Source: Macrostomum lignano (lineage: Eukaryota). From it: a stretch of DNA of 32,657 nt. A program made the position numbers and the translations under genes. Shown in pieces: positions 10,943 to 23,516 of the stretch. Each line of letters begins with the position of its first letter. Position 1 is the stretch's first letter. The stretch covers positions 1 to 32,657 of the forward strand of contig NIVC01004874.1 of NCBI GenBank assembly GCA_002269645.1. The letters are read 5' to 3'. Below the pieces are notes generated by a model, which made no database searches, was not told the origin of the DNA, and saw nothing but the letters and a program-made list of their open reading frames with translations.

Positions 10943-11225
10943 GTCCGAAATTGGCATCCCAGAGCACTCGGTGACCCTGCGCCCGTTTCTTCATCCCGAG
11001 CTCACCGACGCGTCACGTGACGCCTGCGAACTTCGTCTGCTATGCGAGCCGCATCTCAATCTAAGCATACGACGTTTAACAGTTGTGGCAACCGCCCGGA
11101 ATACGGAATTCTACGACAGGAAGGGCGAATACATCCAGACTGTGCGCGGACTGAACATTCCCGGCACTGATTGGTACAGGTTCCTCTATTGCTCAGCTGA
11201 GCCTTGCTACGAAGTTAAACTTAAG
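10943..11225 (+). CDS. C10orf88: Internal exon of ATPase PAAT (C10orf88)-like protein
   Basis: Acceptor TTCATTCAG|G and donor AAG|GTAGGG. Peptide VVATARNTEFYDRKGEYIQTVRG resembles human SSARNMEVYLGEEYCGTSRG (from memory). Confidence 0.72.
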
Positions 11226-11340
11226 GTAGGGTGGTTTTGTTAAGCGTCATTTGTGATTGTTTGATGAATGAATTAGAGACCAATATTCGATTTTTTAACA
11301 AACTACAGCATCAGAAACTTATATTAGGTACATGTGCCTA

Positions 11341-11700
11341 GAAACCAAGACTAGAACTTATGAAACCAAGACTAGAACTTATGAAACCAAGACTAGAGCT
11401 TACGAAACCAAGACTAGAGCTAACGAAACCAAGACTAGAGCTTATGAAACCAAGACTAGAATTTAAAAAACCAAGACTAAAGGTTACGAAACCAAGACTA
11501 GAGTTTACGAAACCAAGAATAGAGCTTACGAAACCAAAACTTGAGTTTAAAAAAGCAAGACTAAATATTACAAAACCAAGACTAAAGATTACAAAACCAA
11601 GACTAGAGCTTACGAAACCAAGACTAAAGATTATGAAACCAAGACTAGAGTTTACGAAAACAAGACTTGAACTTCAAAAAACGAAGACTAGAACATTGGA
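11341..11700. repeat. 21-bp minisatellite GAAACCAAGACTAGAGCTTAC-like, about 17 copies (reads as (KPRLELT)n)
   Basis: Visible tandem units; explains ORF 11360..11743. Confidence 0.92.
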
Positions 11701-12339
11701 ATTTAGGAACCCAGAACCGGAATATTCGAAACTATCAGATTAAGGAAACCAGGACTAGTTTAATAAGCAACCAATAGTTGTCATTTAGGCAACGTCATAC
11801 CATTTGTACTTTAAAGCTGCCAAACGTTGTAAACTCAAGTATTCTCTATGCATGTATAGTGCTTGCACAAATTCTGCACTGCACGCAATGCTGCTAAAGC
11901 TATAAAAACCTCTCCACTCACTTGATTCCTTTGCAACGCTCTAGACTGATCAAATCCCCAAAAATAGGCGTCTCTGAGTTCCCTCCTACAAGCTCATCAT
12001 CAGCTGTAGTTGCAGTCCGCCTCCCAGTCTGACTAAAAATGCTAATTTAGTTCTACATTGGTGCACTGACACACACACACACTCTTTCTCTCCTGTATTT
12101 TATTGCTCAGAAAACCAAATTCATCAAAGATGTTTACGCCTCAGCGGCTGCTGACTCTAGGGGAGGGGGGTGGACGTCGGTTAGATTTGCGTGCGGCTCT
12201 TAACTAACCAGAGTCCAGACTCCCTAGCCACATCCTTATCTATAAGTATACTATTTTGCGGGCCTCACTACTTCTGGCTAGTTTATTGCAGTTCTCATGC
12301 AGTCCTGGGATGCTCAGTCACTTTATTGTTAATATGGGG

Positions 12340-13423
12340 CTCTCTACCTGCCTACCTCTCTACCTGCCTACCTCTCTACCTGTCTACCTCTCTACCTGCC
12401 TACCTCTCTACCTGCCTACCTCTCTACCTGCCTACCTCTCTACCTGCCTACCTCTCTACCTGCCTACCTCTCTACCTGCCTACCTCTCTACCTGCCTACC
12501 TCTCTACCTGCCTACCTCTCTACCTGTCTACCTCTCTACCTGCCTACCTCTCTACCTGCCTACCTCTCTACCTGCCTACCTCTCTACCTGCCTACCTCTC
12601 TACCTGCCTACCTCTCTACCTGCCTACCTCTCTACCTGCCTACCTCTCTACCTGCCTACCTCTCTACCTGCCTACCTCTCTACCTGCCTACCTCTCTACC
12701 TGCCTACCTCTCTACCTGCCTACCTCTCTACCTGCCTACCTCTCTACCTGTCTACCTCTCTACCTGCCTACCTCTCTACCTGCCTACCTCTCTACCTGCC
12801 TACCTCTCTACCTGCCTACCTCTCTACCTGCCTACCTCTCTACCTGCCTACCTCTCTACCTGCCTACCTCTCTACCTGCCTACCTCTCTACCTGTCTACC
12901 TCTCTACCTGTCTACCTCTCTACCTGCCTACCTCTCTACCTGCCTACCTCTCCACCTGTCTACCTCTCTACCTGCCTATCTCTCTACCTGCCTACCTCTC
13001 TACCTGTCTACCTCTCTACCTGCCTACCTCTCTACCTGCCTACCTCTCTACGTGCCTACCTCTCTACCTGCCTACCTCTCTACCTGCCTACCTCTCTACC
13101 TGCCTACCTCTCTACCTGCCTACCTCTCTACCTGCCTACCTCTCTACCTGTCTACCTCTCTACCTGCCTACCTCTCTACCTGCCTACCTCTCTACCTGTC
13201 TACCTCTCTACCTGCCTACCTCTCTACCTGCCTACCTCTCTACCTGCCTACCTCTCTACCTGCCTACCTCTCTACCTGCCTACCTCTCTACCTGCCTACC
13301 TCTCTACCTGCCTACCTCTCTACCTGCCTACCTCTCTACCTGCTTACCTCTCTACCTGCCTACCTCTCTACCTGCCTACCTCTCTACCTGCTTACCTGCC
13401 TACATTCCTACGTGCCTACCTGC
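12340..13423. repeat. 16-bp pyrimidine-rich minisatellite TCTCTACCTGCCTACC, about 67 copies
   Basis: Visible tandem units; explains the 507-aa and 404-aa repeat ORFs. Confidence 0.97.
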
Positions 13424-14513
13424 CTATTTTTCTTCCATACCTCCTTCCCTCCAAAATCACCTCTCCTTGATCCTCTCCTCTCTACATCTCCCTGTCGCCA
13501 TCCGCTCCTTCTCTCCCTCTCCCTTTCTTCCCCTTCTCCCACTCCTACTCAATTATCAAGCCTGCCTTTTGCCCTCTCTCCCAGTTTTGTCCTGCCCGCA
13601 TATTTTATCTCTCTCTCTTTGTCTCGCACTCGCCTTCTGCTTCTTCATGCATCTCTCAAGTATTTCTCTCATGCCATTTCGTTCTCGAAACTGTCCCTCT
13701 CAATCATTGTATAATGGTTTCCTTAAATACTGATAGCGTCGCAAAAATTCTGCTGCTGGCATACACAGATTTAGCGAATAAATCGATGGCTGCAAAAGAA
13801 GAAGACAGCCTGCAACTAAGCTACTTTCCCTCTTTTTTTCCAGAAGTTACAGTTGGTATCAATTAATTGAAGCCCCCCTTATTGTCGCTTAAAAGTGCAT
13901 TAGCGGGATATTAACTATCCCACTTTTAAGCACCTTATTTTTCAATAATCCCTCTCATTCAAGGTTTCTAATACGCAGTGTATAATGTCGCTATACGTGG
14001 GCAGGGTGATATTCTCACCTGAGTTGGGTGAGATTCTACCCTGAGTGGGGCGAGAGGGTGTCTCAACTGAGTAGGGTGAGATTCTCATCTGAGTATGATG
14101 AGATTAGTATAGAGAGATTAGTTAGTTAGTTAAAGCGTACTAAACCTAGATTTTCTATTCCTCTAATTAAAATTTTACTGAATGCTGATACAACGGTCTG
14201 ATTGAATCCCAGTAGTCTCGTAGGTAAAACTTAATTAGGAAATTTTACTGCCCTTCTCCTTCACAGCTTCCTCCTCCATACAAATATTCATTACCTTGCC
14301 CTTGCCCAGTCCTTCCGCAGGTCGCTGGAACCATGCAGCAGTCATACAAGTCATATATAACCTTCATCACGGGCCGTTTTATCACGCTTCTCTTTTATGA
14401 AACATGTTAGCAATTTGCTGTACTGTCGTGAGAACTATCAGATCTCATAATTTTCTTGCTGAGCACAAATGAAATCAGTGATTTGATTGCTAGAATTTTA
14501 TGAGGCCTTTTGT

Positions 14514-15134
14514 CTGAGTAGGGTGAGATTCTCATCTAAGCAGGGTGAGATTCTTGTCTGAGCTGGGTGAGATTCTCATCTGAGCAGGGTGAGATTCTTG
14601 TCTGAGCAGGGTGAGATTCTCATCTGAGTAGGGTGAGATTCTCATATGAGTAGGGTGAGATTCTCATATGAGTAGGGTGAGATTCTCATCTAAGTAGGAT
14701 TTTCATTTGAGTAGGGTGAGATTCTCATCTAAGTAGTGTAAGATTTTCATCTGAGCAGGGTGAGATTCTTGTCTGAGCAGGGTGAGCTTCTCATCTGAGC
14801 AGGGTGAGATTCTCATCTGAGTAGGGTGAGATTCTCATATGAGTAGGGTGAGATTCTCATCTAAGTAGGATTTTCATTTGAGTAGGGTGAGATTCTCATC
14901 TAAGTAGTGTAAGATTTTCATCTGAGCAGGGTGAGATTCTTGTCTGAGCAGGGTGAGCTTCTCATCTGAGCAGGGTGAGATTCTCATCTAAGCAGGGTGA
15001 GATTCTCATCTGAGCAGGGTGAGATTCTCATATGAGTAGGGTGAGATTCTCATCTAAGTAAGATTTTCATTTGAGTAGGGTGAGATTCTCATCCGATTGG
15101 GGTGAGATTCTCATATGAGTAGGGTGAGATTCTG
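14514..15134. repeat. 22-bp minisatellite TGAGCAGGGTGAGATTCTCATC with higher-order structure; short degenerate satellite copy near 14004-14110
   Basis: Period 22 (units at 14581 and 14603). Confidence 0.93.
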
Positions 15135-15587
15135 AACAGAGTGGGATGAGGTCAATACCTAACTAGGGCTCTATTCTTATATAGCATTCCTACCAATACC
15201 TGTTCAATGCAGGCAGTAAGCATTAATATTATCAGCAACTAGGCAAACGATCTGGCCACAGAGAGCAAAAGCTATAGACTTTCTATTTCGCAGGCTAAAG
15301 CCTATTCCGTGGAAATAGAATAGATTGACGCAGCCAACTAGTTAATTGGCAAAGTGGGACGACCGAGACTCGAGGGGGGGGGGCAGTTCTTTTGGAGGAA
15401 GAAAGTGTATCCAGCCTCTTCTTTGACATCATCCCAAAGCTTAACGAACTTTCAGCCGGCAGAAATGATGCCCGTCATCTAATTTATAGGGGGGGGGGTT
15501 AGGGATGTATACTGGCAGTCTGTGCAATTATAAAATAGGGATTAGGCGGCAAGAGGAGATAAGATGGTGAAGCGGAACGTTTGTCTC

Positions 15588-15590
<3 letters not shown>

Positions 15591-15640
<50 letters not shown>
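15591..15640. repeat. (GA)25 microsatellite
   Basis: Direct. Confidence 0.98.
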
Positions 15641-15643
<3 letters not shown>

Positions 15644-16009
15644 CTCCGCGCTTGTGTCAGAAAATCGTGTGTGTGCGGAACTGACTAGGGACTTTCACTT
15701 CGCTGCTTCCAATTTTTCCTCGCCTTCCTTCTTCATAGTCCCATCCTGATACACTCTATATATATAATAGATTATATTGTATACAGTCTTACGAGTAGTC
15801 TTATCCTAGCAAACAAGAGTCTAATCATTTCCGGTGTTGCTGTTCTGGAGTAATAAGCGAAAACCATATTTGTCTTAATAGGAAGCTCCGTTGTTTGCTT
15901 TTATTTTGCCTTTCTGTGCTGCGATGCCTTTCTGACCTCTTGGGGACATTTTTAGATGAATTGCGCTGAGGCTTTGTTGGGCGATTCAAACTTAGGAGTG
16001 CCAACACTC

Positions 16010-16625
16010 AAGGCGAGAGAGTGCCTCTAAAAGAGTGTGGGAAGAAGAGAGTGCCACTTTTAGAGTGCTTTCTCCGGGTTGAGAGTGTCTCTAAAAGAGT
16101 GCTTTCTGTGGGAAGAGTGCCACTTTTAGAGTGCTTTCTGTGGATAGAGGGTGCCACTTTTAGAGTGCTTTCTGTGGGTCGAGAGTGTCTCTAAAACAGT
16201 GCTTTCTGTGTGTAGAGTGCTTTCTCCGGGTCGAGAGTGTCTCTAAAAGAGTGCTTTCTGTGGGAAGAGAGTGCCTCTAAGAGTGCTTTCTGTGAGAAGA
16301 AGAGAGTGCCATTTTTAGAGTGCTTTCTGTGGGTAGAGATTGCCTGTAAGAGTGCTTTCTGTGAAGAGAGGGTGTCCCTAAGAGTGCTTTCTGTAAAGAG
16401 AGAGTGCCTTTAAGAGTGCTCTCTCTGGGTAGATAGTGTCTCTAAAAGAGTGCTTTCTGTAAAGGGTGTGCCTCTAAGAGTGCCTTCTGTGGGCAGAGAA
16501 TGTCTCTAATAGAGTGCTTTCTCTGGGTAGAGATTGTCTCTAAGAGTGCTTTCTGTGGAAAGAGGGTACCCCTTTTAGAGTGCCTTCTGTAAATAGAGAG
16601 TGCCTCTTTGAGAGTGCTCTTCTAC
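16010..16625. repeat. Degenerate 33-37 bp satellite built from AGAGTGC(T/C) subunits
   Basis: Recurrent AGAGTGCTTTCTGTGG and AGAGTG(C/T)CTCTAA(AA) blocks. Confidence 0.85.
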
Positions 16626-17085
16626 TCGAGGTACTTCATAAAAAGTACTTTTCTTAACCAGAAAAAATCTGCCAGGCCATAAAAATCCATAGTTTACCAT
16701 TCGTTCTATTCGTACTAGAAATTGTAAATACAGACTGGTCTTTTTTGATGAAGCAGGCATAGAGTCTGACGCAGGCTTTCCGTGCATGCTCGTAAACCAC
16801 CCCGCCCCTTACTCGATAGAGCAAGATCGATGGCTGACTGCCCCAAACTCTGCAACTTCTTCTTGGCTTCCCTATAATTGGCTCCCCCTAACTGCGAGCC
16901 TAAGATTGGCTTAAGCCCTTGTGTGCTATGCGGGTTTTCGGCTTGGCCTAATCACCTACACCAGTAGTGCTGCTGCTTGCAGCTTTAATAAAACTAAGTA
17001 ATTATGTAATTGATTTTTTCTGGTGCTAATCTACTAGTACGTCAGAATTGTATTTTTATAATATTTATGGCATTAAATCATAAGA

Positions 17086-17210
<125 letters not shown>

Positions 17211-17266
17211 CCTTTCTGACTGTGTCCTTCCATCCACAATCCCGCCCCGCGCCACCTGCCCACCAG

Positions 17267-17704
17267 TTCCTATCCCTGATGCAGCCGGGCTCCCTGTTGC
17301 TAGGCAACGTAGAAGTGCACCTGGAGAGCCACACCTGGCCAGCCCAGCTCGCGGACGCGGCCGCGGCACAGAGTGTGCCCTCCCTGCTCGAGCGACTCTC
17401 CGAAGTGGAGCTGTCGCCTCACGCCAGATCGGTTTTGAATCTTCTGTGCGCCGCCAACCAACAGCAGCAGCAGCAGCAGCAGCAGCTCAACTATTGTCAA
17501 GGAGCTGTCATGAATCTTCAACAGCAGCAGCAGACGGCCTCGGCAGTTGCTCACCTGCGCTCTTGGCTTGAAACTCGCCTGGAAGCGATGGAGAACCGGC
17601 TGAATCAGCGCTTGGATCGAATCGAAAACCAATTAGCGGCTTTGGCTTTGGCTGGCAACAATTCGATTGCCAAGGAGCCGGAGGCTAAAGGTGACAGCAG
17701 CTGA
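17267..17704 (+). CDS. C10orf88: Terminal exon of PAAT/C10orf88-like protein (polyQ plus C-terminal coiled coil)
   Basis: Acceptor CCCACCAG|TTC, phase 0, matching the donor at 11225. The join reads CYEVKLK-FLSLMQPGSLLLGNVEVHL (cf. human ACKIKLLSFGERQCVFISKVVVHM). C-terminal LRSWLETRLEAMENRLNQRLDRIENQL resembles the C10orf88 C-terminal helix. GC-rich, stop TGA at 17702-17704. Confidence 0.75.
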   Translation, partial: FLSLMQPGSLLLGNVEVHLESHTWPAQLADAAAAQSVPSLLERLSEVELSPHARSVLNLLCAANQQQQQQQQQLNYCQGAVMNLQQQQQTASAVAHLRSWLETRLEAMENRLNQRLDRIENQLAALALAGNNSIAKEPEAKGDSS

Positions 17705-17764
17705 GCTGACAGTTGGAACTTGTGAGCTCTGGGGCTTGCCTATTGACTCATGTTCTTGTTGAAA

Positions 17765-18465
17765 TTTCCTTTGGGATTCCCTTTGTAATTCCAATTTGGG
17801 TTTCTTGGGATTTCCCTTGGGATTCCTATTGGAATTCCCTTGGGATTCCCCTTGGGGATTCCCCCCTGGGATTCCCTTGGGATTCCCTTGGGATTCACCT
17901 TGGGATTCCCCCTGGAATTCACCTTAGGATTAGATTCCCCTAGCAATTTCCCTTGGGATTAATTACCTTTAGGATTCTCTTTGGAATACCCATCGGGACC
18001 CCCCTCCTTAGAAGTTCCCTCGGAATTCCGCTTGGGATTCCCTTTGGGAGCCCTTGGAATTCCTTTTTGAATTTCCCTTGGGACTTTCCTTTGGATTCAT
18101 TCCCCCTTGGAATTCCCCCTGGGATTCATTTTAGGGATTCTCTTTGAAATTCCCATGGGATCTCCATTGAATTTCCCTTAGGATTCTCCTTGGAATTTGC
18201 CTTGGATTTTCTCTTGGAATTTCCATAAGGATTCCCCTAGGAATTCACCTTGGGATTTCCTTTAGGATTCTCTTTGGAATTCCCATTAAGATTCCCCTTG
18301 GAATTTCCCTCGAATTCCCTTTGAGATTTCCCCTTGGATTCTCCCTACAATGTCTTGGAATTCTTCTAATTGTTCTTAAAATTCTCATTAGCATCCCCGT
18401 GATATTCCTCTGTGTTTCTATTCTTATTCCCCTTTTCATTCCCCTTTAAATTCCCCTTAGAAACC
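17765..18465. repeat. Degenerate ~12-bp semi-palindromic repeat (TTCCCTTGGGA[A/T])
   Basis: Recurrent GGGATTCCC and GGAATTCC units. Confidence 0.85.
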
Positions 18466-18774
18466 CTCGGAGTTTTGCTCTGTATTTCTTTTGCTATTCA
18501 CGCTCCTAAATATTATGGATCGTATTGTTGTTCCCAATAGACTGGTCGGCCGGCAGTTTTATTAATCGTATTTAGTCATGTGTATGTATTAATTGGTATT
18601 AGTATTTTATATTACAATATTATCATATATAATCATTGGTGACACAAGTCTAAATATTGTGATCTGTGGTCTTTTATTAACGTTGATAGTTATGCTGGTT
18701 ATTTTGCTTTAAGCTGCTTTAGCATAAAAATTTGTCTTATTTGTCTGTCAGCATGGATTTATTTATAACGCCAT

Positions 18775-19720
18775 TGTCTATCTACTTCTCTGTCACTGTC
18801 TATCTACTTCTCTGTCACTGTCTATCTACTTCTCTGTCACTGTCTATCTGCTTCTCTGTCACTGTCTATCTACTTCTCTGTCACTGTCTATCTGCTTCTC
18901 TGTTACTGTCTATCTACTTCTCTGTCACTGTCTATCTACTTCTCTGTCACTGTCTATCTACTTCTCTGTCACTGTCTATCTACTTCTCTGTCACTGTCTA
19001 TCTACTTCTCTGTCACTGTCTATCTACTTCTCTGTCACTGTCTATCTACTTCTCTGTCACTGTCTATCTACTTCTCTGTCACTGTCTATCTACTTCTCTG
19101 TCACTGTCTATCTACTTCTCTGTCACTGTCTATCTACTTCTCTGTCACTGTCTATCTACTTCTCTGTCACTGTCTATCTATTTCTCTGTCACTGTCTATC
19201 TGCTTCTCTGTCACTGTCTATCTACTTCTCTATCACTGTTTATCTATTTCTCTGTCACTGTCTATCTACTTCTCTGTCACTGTTTATCTATTTCTCTGTC
19301 ACTGTTTATCTATTTCTCTGTCACTGTTTATCTACTTCTCTGTCACTGTCTATCTACTTCTCTGTCACTGTCTATCTACTTCTCTGTCACTGTCTATCTA
19401 CTTCTCTATCACTGTTTATCTACTTCTCTGTCACTGTCTATCTACTTCTCTGTCACTGTTTATCTACTTCTCTGTCACTGTTTATCTACTTCTCTGTCAC
19501 TGTTTATCTACTCCTCTCTCAATGTCCATCTACTTCTCTCATTGTCCATCTACTTACTTCTCTCTAATTTTCTATCAACTTCTCTCTGTCTTTCTACTAT
19601 CATTGTCTACTTCTCTCTAATTGTATATCTACTCTCACCGTCTCTCTAATTCCCTCACTGTCTATCTACTCTCATTGTCTATCTACTTCTCTCACTTTAT
19701 ATCTACTTCTTTTACACTGT
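18775..19720. repeat. 22-bp pyrimidine-rich minisatellite TCTATCTACTTCTCTGTCACTG
   Basis: Visible; pure to about 19510, then decays. Explains ORF 18732..19649. Confidence 0.96.
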
Positions 19721-19808
19721 CCAATCAACTTATGCTCTGTTGAAATTCTCACTTGCTTACGTACTCATCTGTTAGCATTGACGTTGTAAATCCCCCGAGC
19801 TATTTTGT

Positions 19809-20441
19809 TCTGAGAAATCCCCCCATGAGCCTATAGCATCTTAGAAATCCCCCCATGAGCCTATAGCATCTTAGAAATCCCCCCATGAGCCTATAGCATC
19901 TGAGAAATTCCCCCATGAGCCTATAGCATCTGAGCAATTCCCCCATGAGCCTATAGCATCTGAGAAATTCCCCCATGAGCCTATAGCATCTGAGAAATTC
20001 CCCCATGAGCCTATAGCATCTGAGAAATTCCCCCATGAGCCTATAGCATCTGAGAAATTCCCCCATGAGCCTATATCATCTGAGAAATTCCCCCATGAGC
20101 CTATAGCATCTGAGAAATTCCCCATGAGCCTATAGCATCTGAGAAATTCCCCCATGAGCCTATAGCATCTGAAAAATTCCCCCATGAGCCTATAGCATCT
20201 GAGAAATTCCCCCATGAGCCTATAGCATCTGAGAAATTCCCCCATGAGCCTATAGCATCTGAGAAATTCCCCCATGAGCCTATAGCATCTTAGAAATTCC
20301 CCCATGAGCCTATAGCATCTGAGAAATTCCCCCATGAGCCTATAGCATCTGAGAAATTCCCCCATGAGCCTATAGCATCTGAGAAATTCCCCCATGAGCC
20401 TATAGCATCTTAGAAATTCCCCTATGAGCCAATGGCATCTG
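19809..20441. repeat. 30-bp minisatellite GAGAAATTCCCCCATGAGCCTATAGCATCT, about 21 copies
   Basis: Visible tandem units. Confidence 0.97.
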
Positions 20442-20815
20442 CGCAAGTGCGGAGTTTGCATATTACGTCAAAATCGCAGACAATATGACATTGTAGATTA
20501 AAATCATATGAAAATTAAAATCATGCTACATATTGCACTGTTAAATTAATGTACTTCATAATAGTTTTGTTCACTGCTGAATCAATATTATTTGGTTAAC
20601 AATTGTATTTCGATGATTTTCCAGCTAAAACAGCTTTACTACTCGTAACAGTCTCTAATCGATTGTCCATTTGTGTTGTTTCTAAGAAAATATAAACAAA
20701 TTTTGTCAATGGTGTGTTGGACTCGTGGCTTATTGAATTGTTAACTAAAATAGCCCTTTGTTATGTAATAAGCTGAGTCACTTTTCATTTCTGTGCTTTT
20801 CTGACTCACAGCTCT

Positions 20816-22770
20816 TTGTGCCATGTCTCACAGGGAGATTATGTGTTTGTGCCATGTCTCACAGGGAGATTATGTGTTTGTGCCATGTCTCACAGGGAGA
20901 TTATGTGTTTGTGCCATGTCTCACAGGGAGATTATGTGTTTGTGCCATGTCTCACAGGGAGATTATGTGTTTGTGCCATGTTTCACACGGAGATTATGTG
21001 TTTGTGCCATGTCTCACAGGGAGATTATGTGTTTTTGTGCCATGTCTCACAGGGAGAATATGTGTTTGTGCCACGTCTGATGTCTCACACGGAGATTGTG
21101 TTTGTGCCATGTCTGATGTCTCACATGGAGATTTTGTGTTTGTGCAATGTCTTATCGAAAGAGAGTGTGTATGCCTGTTTTATGTCTCATTGAGATTACA
21201 TGTATGTGTCTATCTGTGCCATGTCCCACAGAGAGTTTGTGTCTTTCTGTACCATGTCTCATAGAGAGAGTTTGTGTCTATCTGTGCCATGTCCCACAGA
21301 GAGTTTGTATCTTTCTGTACCATGTCTCATAGAGAGAGTTTGTGTCTATCTGTGCCATGTCCCACAGAGAGTTTGTGTCTTTCTGTACCATGTCTCATAG
21401 AGAGAGTTTGTGTCTATCTGTGCCATGTCCCACAGAGAGTTTGTGTCTTTCTGTACCATGTCTCATAGAGAGAGTTTGTGTCTTTCTGTACCATGTCCCA
21501 TAGAGAGAGTTTGTGTCTGTCTGTGCCATGTCCCATAGAGAGAGTTTGTGTCTGTCTGTGCCATGTCCCATAGAGAGAGTTTGTGTCTTTCTGTGCCATG
21601 TCCCATAGAGAGAGTTTGTGTCTGTCTGTGCCATGTCCCATAGAGAGAGTTTGTGTCTGTCTGTGCCATGTCCCATAGAGAGAGTTTGTGTCTTTCTGTG
21701 CCATGTCCCATAGAGAGAGTTTGTGTCTTTCTGTGCCATGTCCCATAGAGAGAGTTTGTGTCTTTCTGTACCATGTCCCAGAGAGAGAGTTTGTGTCTGT
21801 CTGTGCCATGTCCCATAGAGAGAGTTTGTGTCTGTCTGTGCCATGTCCCATAGAGAGAGTTTGTGTCTTTCTGTACCATGTCCCAGAGAGAGAGTTTGTG
21901 TCTTTCTATACCATGTCCCATAGAGAGAGTTTGTGTCTTTCTGTACCATGTCCCATAGAGAGAGTTTGTGTCTATCTGTGCCATGTCCCACTGAGAGTTT
22001 GTATCTTTCTGTACCATGTCTCATAGAGAGAGTTTGTGTCTATCTGTGCCATGTCCCACAGAGAGTTTGTGTCTTTCTGTACCATGTCTCATAGAGAGAG
22101 TTTGTGTCTTTCTGTACCATGTCCCATAGAGAGAGTTTGTGTCTTTCTGTACCATGTCCCATAGAGAGAGTTTGTGTCTCTCTGTACCATGTCCCAGAGA
22201 GAGAGTTTGTGTCTTTCTGTACCATGTCCCAGAGAGAGAGTTTGTGTCTTTCTGTACCATGTCCCAGAGAGAGAGTTTGTGTCTTTTTGTACCATGTCCC
22301 ATAGAGAGAGTTTGTGTCTTTTTGTACCATGTCCCATAGAGAGAGTTTGTGTCTCTCTGTACCATGTCCCAGAGAGAGAGTTTGTGTCTTTCTGTACCAT
22401 GTCCCAGAGAGAGAGTTTGTGTCTTTCTGTACCATGTCCCAGAGAGAGAGTTTGTGTCTTTTTGTACCATGTCCCATAGAGAGAGTTTGTGTCTTTTTGT
22501 ACCATGTCCCATAGAGAGAGTTTGTGTCTTTCTGTACCATGTCCCAGAGAGAGAGTTTGTGTCTTTTTGTACCATGTCCCATAGAGAGAGTTTGTGTCTT
22601 TTTGTACCATTTCCCATAGAGAGAGTTTGTGTCTTTCTGTGCCATGTCTCAGAGAGAGTTTGTGTCTTTCTGTGCCATGTCTCAGAGAGAGTTTGTGTCT
22701 GTCTGTGCCATGCCTCACAGAGAGAGAGTTTGTGTCATGTCTCATTGAGATTGCATGTATGTGTGTGTCT
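20816..22770. repeat. Compound satellite: 31-bp units (20816-21130) grading into 33/35-bp units GTACCATGTCCCATAGAGAGAGTTTGTGTCTTTCT (21200-22740)
   Basis: Periods 31 and 35 counted directly; shared CCATGTC(T/C)CA core. Confidence 0.95.
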
Positions 22771-23516
22771 GTGCCAAGTCTCATTACTCATAGAGAGATT
22801 ATCTGTCTGCCAGTGTATTTCCTACTTACCAACCGCATACAGTCTCTAGAACCATAAATTTCTAACCCTAAAGTTTGCATTTGAAAAGCAGAGAAAATAG
22901 ACACAATATCAGTGCTTTACTGTCTGCCCCACGACAAGCTCTATACTATCAAGCCTCATTTGACAGTTTAATTGACAAAGTAAACAGAGTTTGATAAATT
23001 TGAGTTTTCTGTTTTCAGGTTTAGTTAGCAGCTCAGAGGTGCAGCTAAATTGTCAACATTGTTTAATTTTTACCTGCGATTCTGTATCTCTGGCTACATT
23101 GGGTCTCTGAATTTACTAAACTCGACCTAGCGAAATGTGAGTTTGCATTTTGTCTCATTCAACTAGAATTTTGAGACTAATCTTTCTTATTCTGATACGC
23201 TGGTATGCAAGAGCTACATTATGTACAGAATGTCTTCATTAAGCATTAAGCTTGCTTAACAAATTTAGATGTTTGTCACGTACCGCATAGAAACGACGAG
23301 TTGTATACAGCATGAGAGCTCTCAGTTGGTGTATAGTTTATATAAAAGTTTTTAGATAAGCAATCGTCAAGATGGTGGAAGTCAGGTGCTGAGCCAGAGT
23401 CACGTACAGTACTGTAAGAGAGATTTTAATGAGCGTCAGCTCTGTGCAATGGTGTGCATGGAGGCTTAGAGAGCGGCTCTTATATTGCCACTTCTTTGAT
23501 CTGCTATGATGTTCTC

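Noticed and set aside
12191-13714. 507-aa and 404-aa ORFs (LSTCLPLYLPTS...)
   Set aside because: Translations of a 16-bp pyrimidine repeat that lacks stop codons; lies inside the inferred intron.
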